This document shows, piece by piece, positions 53,484-64,000 of a stretch of 64,000 bases of DNA. Location of the stretch: NCBI GenBank assembly GCA_024137785.1, contig JAHRHZ010000003.1:9760897-9824896 (forward strand), in the 5' to 3' direction. The stretch comes from Ginglymostoma cirratum. Lineage: Eukaryota. The position numbers and the translations under genes are program-made. The stretch's first letter is position 1; each line of letters starts with the position of its first letter. A model generated the notes under the pieces. That model did no database searches. It was not told the DNA's origin and saw nothing but the letters and a program-made list of their open reading frames with translations.

Positions 53484-53575
53484 CCGATGAAAGGTCCTGA
53501 CCCGAAACGTCGACTGTCCTGCTGCTCTGATGCTGCCTGACCTCCTGTTTTCCTCCAGAGCCACACTGTATTGAC
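53484..53575 (+). mobile_element. Penelope-like terminal fragment with mutated hammerhead core
   Basis: ccgatgaaaggtcctgacccgaaacgtcgac...gatgctgcctgacctcctg. The core reads CCGATGA instead of CTGATGA. Confidence 0.7.
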
Positions 53576-54062
53576 TACAGTATCTTGATATTCACTTTTA
53601 TTTATCATTGTGTGAGATTTTTCATTGTTCCTTTTCCTTGATAATATTTTTGGGAATAAATCAGTATTTTTGAGATTCGAAGTGATGAACAGTTAATATC
53701 AAGAATCTGATGATCGTTTCTCTGTTCATGAGGCCTTGTTAAAAGAGGCCTTGTTTCGATTTGAACTCATCCCGAGGCTAATTTGTCTTTCACCTCCTGT
53801 CATGAACATCCTGCAACACTTGACTGGTCTCACTCCCTTGGGATCCTTGCAAGTGCTTAGAACAGTTAGTCTCCCAGTGGATGACCCCTCCTTTGGACGC
53901 TTTATGAAAAAATAAGATGCAATTCCCAGAAATTATCAAGGCTGATGTATCATAGTCCATCCAGCTACATATCATATTTCTTGAATTAAAAGTTAATGCA
54001 AAGATGAGTATTAAAAGCCCTTTTAAATGAATGCAGTTGTTAATTTTCTCTGTTTCAAGCTT

Positions 54063-54383
54063 ATCATCGAATCCCTGCAGAGTGGAAGCAGGCCATTCGG
54101 CCCGGAGAGTCTACACTGACCCTCTGAAGATCATCCCACACACTTCCACCCTATCCCTGCATTTTCATAGCTAATCCACTGAGCCTGCATATCCCTAGAT
54201 AGTATGAGCAATTTAGCATAGCCACTCCATCTTTGGACTGTGGAAGGAAACCAGAGCACCTGGAGGAAACCCATGCAGACATGTGGAGAACGTGCTAAAT
54301 CCACGTAGACAGTGGAGCAAGGGTGGAATTAAACCTGGGTCCCTGGTGCTGTGATGCGATAGTGCTCACACTGAATTACTGTT
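54063..54383 (-). mobile_element. HE1/V-SINE-like SINE
   Basis: catctttggactgtggaaggaaaccagagcacctggaggaaacccatgcagac is homologous to 31615-31937. Confidence 0.8.
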
Positions 54384-55227
54384 ACTTGTTGGAAAATGAT
54401 TCTTTGTTGTTTTATGGCAGTTCAGTTTGTACATTTGGATAGTTACAAGGAGAGTGCCATGTTGTTTGAAATCAGGGCCGCATGTTTCTTAGAAAAAACT
54501 TTATATCCTTTACAAATTTGAATGAGAGCTGACTCCGAAAAGATCATGATTTGACTTCTTTGGGTCTTGAGTTGACAGTGGGAAGTTTGGATTGGGTGTA
54601 AGATTTAGAAAATGCACTAATTTTCTGCAGCTATCTTGTAGCTTTGAACGTTGTGCCTTCTTTCAAATGAGCATGATAACAGCCAGGGAACCACACCCTG
54701 AAGCAAAGAAGTAATTTAAAAATGACATGAGGCCAACATGTTTCCCGTTAAGTTTCAATGAAGTGATCCTGGGATTGAGCTGAGTTGGGAGTTTGAAGGT
54801 GATAGATGTTTCGACTTGTGTCTCCAAGTCCTAATCATCGGCATTTTGCAGTGATAGTGAAATTTGGCTATGATTTTTTTAATGCTAATCTTGAGGCCTC
54901 CTGTTCAGCCCAAATATTTAGTTGGCTCATTGGTAAAGATCACATCTGAGTGCTGCTTTTGAGGTAACAAAGTAGTGAGCAAGGTGCTTGCATTTCATCT
55001 CTGATCGCTGCTTCTTGTTTCCGGTGGTGTGACTGTCTGACCTAGTCTGGTTCTGTGCAAGACAAGTGGGAGTACAAGAGCCGTGTTTTACTGTGGCAAA
55101 GGGGTGGGGTACTCTGAGGAGGGTGAAACAATTTAAATTACTCTGTTCTGCCCATCGGACGCAAGCAGATTCTGCATGCTTTGGCGGACTGCCTCCCTGG
55201 TATGGCCATTTGATTTTGAAGTCTTAA

Positions 55228-55569
<342 letters not shown>

Positions 55570-58500
55570 TAACCCTCGCGAGTTCTGTTTTAACATATTC
55601 TGGTAAACTGTTTTAGATTTCTTTGCAGCTCTGTTGGCACTGGTAATTTTAACACGGAACAGGAACTCGGGGTTTATATTTCTTATTCCCTGCTTGACTA
55701 TTCTTACTGGGAATTTTCTGGGTAGTGTTTGCTGTTGAGGGTGTATATGGGTAACAGTGAAACTTGTAGCACACATGCCTATGGCAAGACTTTGAACTTC
55801 TTCAGAGTTACTGTGCAGTTAGCACTTCAGTTGTATATGAGATGGGGTTGGTAGCCTTGTGCCTTCGGCGCACATATTCACCTTTTGAAAGGGTTTGTGA
55901 TGCATTTGAAATTAGTAACTTGGTCAAGAAATTGTGCCTTATCTCAACACATTGATAGATAGAAACCCAGAAAGATGCCACGTTGCTTTGTTTGTTTTCA
56001 AGCAAACAGAGCCACTGGCTGATTGGCAGTTTCCCACCTACAGACGCATGCTAAGTTATTTTGGCTTTCACCCTGGTCATTCTCTGTAAACTGCAACCCA
56101 GCTAAGGGTGTCTTGACTCGGCTAACATACTTTGAAGAGTTCTGGAACTGAACCAGGACAAGCTAAGGGACAAGATGGTGATTTTGGAGCAGAGACGTCA
56201 GTGAATTCTTCAAAGCAAAGTGGCAAGAGTGTTGTGTTTCCCTGTATTTGTTAGCCTCTGAGATGTGAGAAAATGCTTTGAAATAAATCAGGTTCTAAAC
56301 TACTTGTTGAGAAATTACATCATTAGTTGAGATGAACCCATGCAGTCTGATAATTTGGTACACCATCAACTCTGTTCAGTGATCAAAGTTCGAAATTCTT
56401 TTTTGTTGGGTTTTGATATTGCCTTTAAACTTGAGCTCACGTAACTGATGATGTAAGGTTTATTCTGATAATTTTTCAGGGACTGACAGGAGCAGGGTAT
56501 CATGTTGGCCTTATGGCCGATTGCAGGTGGACCATATAAATGTGGTTGAGAAATGCTCTCAATCAGATGTCCATACTACTGCATGGTCACCTGCCAGAAG
56601 AAATGGGTTTGGGGCACTGTGTGTGTTGAATATTGACTCTGTCAACACCCACAGCATGGTGCTTCCCCTTGTGGTCCAACATCACCTAAGTTTTCAAGTG
56701 GTGGTTTGGAAAGGAGACTTACAAGGGATGTGGTGGAAAGCCCGTGTTAAAATTGCCAGCTCTCTCTAACAAGGCTTGAGGCTTTTGGTGGGCCTACTCC
56801 TACTTGCATGTGTCTTTTGGCTGGAAAGCTCTACCAGTGGGATGCGCTGAAAACGGCATGGCTGCTTTAGATCAGAATATGTGCTTCTAATGTAGTGTTT
56901 TTTTCTCATTTAGTTGCTGGGGTTTGCATATTTCTCTCAAGAGTACAGTATTTTTATGTCTATATATTTTACATCTGAAAGGACAGTCAAAAATTTACTT
57001 TTAAAAAGTAAATCAAGAAAGAGTGGTATTTGACGTATAAAAGACTCTCGAAGTGTTGATGTTCTAGAGTTATGTATAAATATTGGGACGATGTCAATGC
57101 TCTACGAATTCACCGTGATGCATGAAATAATACGTTTGATGATTAATTAATGGCCCCCAACATCCCCCCCCCCAAATAAGGTGACAACTCTACAAGCTGC
57201 AGTTGTTCAAAAAAACTGAAGAATTTAGGCTAAGGGTATAGTGTCATTTCATACAGTCCCAAAGAGTTCTTTTAAAATCTCCAGTGAACAGTCTTGGATT
57301 TTCATCAGCTGAAGGTGGTGGTACTGGAAGATCTCATAACTTTCTCAATCAATTAATTTCATCCTGCTTTTCCTGAGGCTAGTCAGGCAGCGTAGGAGGA
57401 AGCTTTGTCTGAAGACCTGCTGACAACATGACAGTTTGTGATCCTCTCCCTCACCCTCCCACATCTCCTCCACCACCACCCCCCCTCCCCCCCACCCCCC
57501 AGTGTACACAGGCTGAGGTGCCTTACCTTTGAAGTACACCTAACTTAGTCAGCCTTTCCTTCCATGGTCTGTTGCACCCCACTCCACCCCACATTGTACA
57601 GCCTGGATGCCCACTTAGAATACTCAGATTGGCCAGCCATCCTGGTGCAAACACACATGGACAAAAGGATCTGTGCACCACCTTCTGCTGGTTCTGCGAG
57701 TAAGTGCTGAGCTTTCACTTAGCACCTCTCTGTAGGCCTGAGGGAAAACCCAAGTTCCGAGTTGTTTAAACAGTTCACGACCTGGCCCCACTGTTTGTGA
57801 GCTGAAGTAGTTAGCTGCCATCATTTGTTTCACTGTATTTAATCAGATTAATCCATTAACCAACAAAACCATCCTGAAACATGATTTTTGAACGTATATA
57901 TGCATCCCATATGTCTGAATGCAGCTGGTGCTTCACTGGCATCGAGCTCTCCAAGCACTGATCACATTCCTTTCTCTCTCCTAGTGCCAGCAAGACCTCT
58001 GAGTACTGCGGGTGCCAGAGTCAGCCCTGGCACCACATCCTCCCTAACTATTCACAGAGCCAAATGGTGAGGATTGACCACCCCTCAGTGCTTCTTACCT
58101 TTCCAGAGTCCAGGGCTCTGAGGCCAATCACAGTGTGTTTCATTCCATGCCAATTGAGATCAGCATGAATATTCTTGCATTTTGGAAACTTGTGTATCTG
58201 CACTTTCAGGATACTGCTCCCCTGATTAATCCTTTGCTAATTGCCCACCCCTGAGCTAGCGCCCAACACTGGCTAACTCTTTGCCTAATAAGTTTCCCAA
58301 CATTGAATACAGGAAGAAGGGACCATTCAGGCGTGTTCGGCCATTCAGGAAGATTAATGCTGATGAGTGATCAAACTCCATCAGCCTGCCTTTGCTACAT
58401 ACCCTGGAATAACTTGGGTTAACAAAGCTCGATCAGTCTCATATCTGAAATTACAAATTAACCCATTGTCACTTGCTGAAGAGAATTCCAACTTCTGCCA

Positions 58501-58839
58501 ACTTTTGTGTGTTGGTCCAAGTGTTGGCTGGTGCTCAAACTGTGTCATTTAGAATGCCCCATTCAGTAGAAATAGTTACCAACTGACAGTTTGAGATTGC
58601 ATGGTGCAGCCCACATGTCATTTAAATTGTAAGGGAGGAGGAAATGTCTACACCCTGTTCACAGCCGATTCCACAGTAAGATGGTGAAGACCTTGGAGGG
58701 TGGAGAAATCCTTTCATGCAGTACAACCTCATATCAATGCACTGATTCTCTGAACTGTTGGCGTCAACTAAGGCTTTTAAAGCACAGATTGACTTTTTGA
58801 TCAAGCGATTGCTTTTGTTTTAAGAATTCTGTTGCATAA

Positions 58840-58986
<147 letters not shown>

Positions 58987-59654
58987 TGATGCTGCTCCAT
59001 TTACTACAGTTTTTTCCAACCATTTGGTGTATTTGTCCCTGTTTTGCTGCGGTCTTGCTAAAGATTGCTTTCATCGATTACCAGATGTCAAGCAAACTTG
59101 GTGTTGAAAGAGAAATTCTCATGCTCATCCAATCCTATATTCTGTGTAGTGAGCTTGTGTTATGATGACGGTTAAAATGGAAACTGCCTGTTCAAAGTTC
59201 GAAAATGCTGGGTAATGTATAGGAAAAGAGGCCAAAAATGCCTTTATTTCCTTAGGCCTATTCCAAATGTACCTTGTCCAGGTGTTAACGAGTCCGAAGT
59301 AAACATTCGATACATCAACAGATCCCAGTGAAACTTCTCTTATTGCTGCCAAGTGTGTACCATCTGTCTTCACTCTCTGTCCTCTGCTGTGATGTCAGTT
59401 CTCATTCCATCCATATCATGTGTCACTTGCTAGTTTCAACTTTTCTTGCCAATCTACAGAAAGAGAGCTTTCTGGCCTCTTGCTCACTTTGCCAAAATGT
59501 CCACTGATAATCCTCGTAAGTTTCAAATCTCCCTACCTTGTACCCCCTAGTTGTGTACCCTGCTGGATGCTCACTCAGTGGTTCTGAGAACTCCAGTCAA
59601 GTCCCAACTTGATTCTAGGCTTTTTGTGTTGCTGGCACATCTCTTTTTATTTCT

Positions 59655-59985
59655 CCTTTTTATTTATTCACTCATGGGACATGGGTTTTGCAGACTGGCC
59701 AGCATTTTATTGCCCATCCTGAGTTGCCCTTGAGAAGGTGGTAGCGAGCTGCCCCTTGAATTACTGCAGTCCACATGATGTAGGTTGACCTACAGTTTCC
59801 CTCAGGGAGAGAATTCCAGAATTTTGACCCAGCGGCGATGAAGAAATGACGATATATTTCGAAGTCAGGATAGTGAGTGGCTTGCAAGTGGTGATGTTCC
59901 CATGTATGTGCTGTCCTTGTCCTTCCAGCTGGAAGTGTTTGTGGGTTTGAAAACTGCTGTCTAATGATTTTTGATGAATTCCCCC
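59655..59985 (-). mobile_element. CR1/L2-clade LINE 3' end
   Basis: ORF 59672..59887 contains FIAAGSKFWNSLPE...HLLKGN. The minus strand ends ggatgggcaataaaatgctggcc...cccatgtcccatgagtgaataaataaaaa. Confidence 0.75.
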
Positions 59986-62356
59986 AGTCTTGCTATCGTC
60001 CTATCTCATGCTTGACAGTTCTCTTGGGTGATATTTCAGCCTTGGCCTCAGTAATAACATGGTGTTTAATCTCGTGTCAAAAATCATGGATCCAAATCCT
60101 ACTCCAGGTCCGACTTACACGTCACAAGTATTTATTGACCCAAGAAATTTTGAGACATCCTGAGGATGTGCAAGGTGCACAATAAACCCTTGTTCTTTTC
60201 ACTGGTAGTTGAGTTGGGTACGCTAATAGCGGTTGGACTATCCAAGCCACCGTTTTACCTTCAGAATACCATCTGTGCATCGTAGTATCTCATCACATCC
60301 AGCTGGGTTATGAATAAGCTGCAACATCCAGTTCCTCTGGGTCAAGAGCAGAAATTGGATTCAAGATCCAAAACCACAAATTGCCCCTCATAATTTTCAT
60401 CCAGTTTTAATCTGGTGAGTGGACTGTCATAAAACCCCAAGGCTTTAATCTTGTAGGCACACTTTTTAGGCCATATAAAAAGGTGAATATCTACCATATT
60501 TCTCTCACTTATTGTCTTGCTGAATTATTTTGAAAAAAGAACAATGAAATTAACAAGATTAGGAGCTCCTTTTGAAGCTATGTTTGGTGTCCTTAACGTC
60601 ATTCAGTGGCGTAAGTAATTATTGGAAGCCCAAAGGTTTCAGTTAGCCTCTTTCCTTTCATTGACATCAAACCAATGGACTTGGAATTAGCTGGATTTGT
60701 CTTAGCCTCTAGTTTTAAAGAACTGATCTACATTAGCTTCCTTCCAGGAACAATTCTAGATTCAAGTCAGCCATTCATTGTTTGGGAAAGGGGCTGATGA
60801 CATCTTTCCTCCCCAAGAACCCTGAGATGCGTATTTCATGGGCAGGCTGCCCAAAATGTCTTGAGGTTTTTAATTGACTGTAAAAAAAGAAGCAGTTAAT
60901 TTCTGTGTTAACGTGTTCGTTTTCAGAATTCAATGAGGATACTAACAATGGAGTATAGTTTTTGGTCATGTCAAACCAATCACACTACTTGACCTTGATT
61001 CATGGTGCACTGATGTCAAGCTTTACTGTATTAGTTAACAGAGACCTGTGTGATAAATGCAAAAGATAGTTTGAGAGTTGTTTGACCGAGATCTGCAAAA
61101 ATTCAATTGAATTCAACATGGCAGCCTCTTGACAAGATTTCTCTATGTTCGTGTTTCATTTATTTTGCTCCATTTCTCTGTGCAGAGGTTTGGTGCAGGT
61201 CCAAATGGGCACTTGCCAACCCCCTCTGTAGTTTGTCCTCTCAAAGTTGTGCAGGCAATAGACTAATGTGATGTTAAGTTTTCCCTTTGAGAACAGAAGT
61301 GAATGAACAGCTCACACTGCTCCTGCGCTTGTCCTAATACCTAGAGACCTGGAGCGAGATGCCTGTGAAACAGGAAATCAAGGAGGGAAAACAGCAGCGT
61401 GTACCCAGGTCTTGTGCTCGCCCAACAGCCTTTCTTTTTCAAACACAATGCTCCCATGTGTAACCTTGAAAAGCCTAGTCCTATTATTGCTGCATAGCCT
61501 CGTTCCTGTCTTTTAGTCCCACCTCCTTCAACGTCTCTTCCTACTTGTGTTTTCCACTCAACTCAAAACTCTGCTATCTTCAGTAGAAGAGCCATCATTC
61601 TCAATTTCTGGAACACTCTATAAGCATCAATAACTCTGTTAACTTAAAAGGCTAACACATGTGGCCTTGGTTCACTGCACCCAATGCACTAATCACTGTC
61701 ACTTACTTTCACTTATGTGAACTGCTTCAGGAAAGCGTAGCATGAGTTTAATCAGCCCAAAGTCCCATCTAAAAGATGTTACCCTTGATATTGCTGCGCT
61801 GGGACGTCTCTCTTGTCTTTGGATTCCATTCCATGAGATAGGGCTCGATTGAACAACAATTTTCAAAATTCAAAGTACTCCTGTTGAACCTTAAGTGACA
61901 CTTGAACACCATGAGCTGATTGTGTCGCTCAGTGGACTCAGTTAAAATAACACTCAATGCATCAGTGAATCAATTTAAATAATGTTTTCTCTTCCTAATG
62001 ATATAAAAATGAGACAGCGAGCAATTGTAATGGTTTAAAATTAAGCTCAGTCTTGATTTTGTTTATTTTTAAAGAAAGAGCCAGGTTCTCCCCCAGAAGG
62101 GTGTTGATTTTTTGGGCAGGGAAAGATGGAAACTGGTGTTTGTGCTAAAAGAAATACTTGGATTAAACTCTCATAAATCTTTGAAGGTCTTTGGCTGCCC
62201 AATTCAGTATATGGATATCGGTCTCTTAAGCTCAGCATGCCAAACCTCTCATGTTCCTTTTCAACATCTCAAAACACTCTTTCCCTCTTAAGGCCTTTCC
62301 ATTTCATAAAAGATCAAGGCTTTTAAAAACCCAAACCTGGCACCAACTTGGAAATC

Positions 62357-63440
62357 CATAAGAAGTAGGAGCAAATGTAGGCCACTCGGCCCAGTGAGTC
62401 TGCTTCTTCATTCAGTGAGGTCATGGCTTATCTGATCATCCTCAAGCTAACTTTCTTGCCTTATCCTCATAACCTTTCGCCCCCTTACTGATTAAAAGTC
62501 TGTCCTCAGCCTTAAGTTACTTAACTTTACAGCCTCAACGACCCTCTGCAGTCAAAAATTTCATAGATCAACTACTCTTTGAGAGAAGAAGATCCTCCTC
62601 ATCTGTGTCTTAAATGGGCAGCACTCCCTTATTGTGAGATGATGTCTTCTAATCCTATATTCTCCCACAAGAGGAAACAACCTCTCTGCATCAAACATTC
62701 CCTAAAAATCTTACATGTTTCAATCAGGACTCCTCTGATTCTTCTAAACTCCAATGAGCACGGGAAACTTCTCAACCTGTTTCCACTGCCATATTTTGTT
62801 AGGCAAAGGGACCAAAACTGTTCGCAGTATTTCAAACATAGCCTGACTAATGCCTTAAGTAGTTTTAGCAAGACCTCACAATTTTTAGACTCTGTCCCCT
62901 TTGAGAAAATGCCTTCCCTCTTACCTGCTGAACCTTCTCTGTCACCTTTTCATGATTCATTCACAAGGACCTCAAACTCATTTCTGCTGCAGCTTTGTGC
63001 ATTCTTGCCCCATTTAAACAAAATTCAGTTCTAACCTTTGTGCCGAATGCATAAACTGACATTTTCCCACATTATATTCCATCTGCTCAGTTTTCGCCCA
63101 CTCACATTACTTCGCTCTATCCCTCAGCTCAATCTTTTTGTTCTTGTCATCGCCGATCTCCCCACCTAATTTTGTGTCTTTCACAAACTTGGTGACAGTG
63201 GCATTCCCTTTCCTTGTCCAAATCAACAGTATGTGTTGCAAATATATACTGCACTGATCCCAGTGCAGTTCACTCTTGACACATTGCTATCTGAATATGT
63301 CCCTCCTTATCCCAACTCTCTCTTAAGTCAGGCAATGCTTTGTCCATAATTTCCTCCCCTCAATACTTTCTAAATAGTCTAATGAGCAGTACCTTAGCAA
63401 ACAACTTTTCAGATCATTTATTTGGTTTTCTTAACTGTTC
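62357..63440 (-). mobile_element. CR1-type LINE 3' ~1.1 kb
   Basis: ORF 62629..62871 contains LKALVRLCLKYCEQFWS...SLEFRRIRGVLIETCKI, matching the CR1 ORF2 C-terminal region. 3' stem-loop tail near 62.36-62.43 kb. Confidence 0.85.
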
Positions 63441-64000
63441 TTTCTGCCGTTGTTCATTGTGTCACTGTGGTTGGTCACGATGGATGTTGGCTTTTTCAGT
63501 TGGAAGAAACAAAAGGTTCATGTGCAAATGATTTTGTTGGCTTTGAAGAGCTCAACAGCCTAAACTCAAAAGACTCTGCACAAGCAAATCTGAACTGAAA
63601 GGCACACAGCCAAAATAGTTGATCAATTACAAACCCATGCTCCCTAAGACCAGGCAGCTTTGTAGTTAACGCAAAAGCAAACGTGCAAGCACTGGCATCA
63701 CTCACATGTGGCCATGGGGAATCTAATATTGCATGAGCTGTGTGAACTAGAATCTTGCTGGCATCAGTCCTGGTGTGATGTACCCCAACTTAGTGTCTGG
63801 CAAACCACAGCTTACCATAGTACTGAGAACAGAAGGGAAGAGGTTTTGTTTGTTATTCTTGATCAAACCTGCCTTTGCATCAGTTTCAGAATTGGGTCAC
63901 TTCATTGATTATGGATTTTATTTCTTTTTGGAAACCACTGAACTAATTTGCAATATCCATGTCCAGGTCCAATGAGCAAGAGGAGCTGGGTCAAACCATC

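Noticed and set aside
61150-61205. Possible exon 8 or microexon after a strong pyrimidine tract and CAG
   Set aside because: The sequence does not encode the expected FAGTPGYLSPE and the following GT (gtccaa) is a poor donor. Exon 8 appears to lie beyond the window.

Overview
This is eukaryotic (vertebrate) genomic DNA. Its repeats (HE1/V-SINE-like SINEs, CR1/L2-type LINE fragments, Penelope-like elements) point to a shark or other cartilaginous fish. The whole window lies inside one + strand gene, a Ca2+/calmodulin-dependent protein kinase II. KHSNI favours CAMK2B, but CAMK2G cannot be excluded. Six short kinase-domain exons are visible, matching canonical exons 3, 4, 5, 6 (two copies) and 7, separated by repeat-rich introns of 3-23 kb. 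The main features are: (1) two 73-nt mutually exclusive versions of exon 6, one gamma-like and one alpha/beta-like, where double inclusion or double skipping both create an early stop, and the two 3' splice sites are built very differently; (2) Penelope-derived elements carrying minimal hammerhead ribozyme cores (CUGANGA...GAAAC-GUC), two intact on the sense strand of the pre-mRNA, plus short hairpin derivatives with 12-17 bp flanking direct repeats; (3) a ~770-bp non-autonomous retroposon with a YY1-like 5' end, with related fragments elsewhere in the window. Nearly all ORFs in the supplied track are spurious or are transposon remnants. Exon coordinates were read base by base. Repeat boundaries are approximate and family names come from recognition by eye, not database searches.
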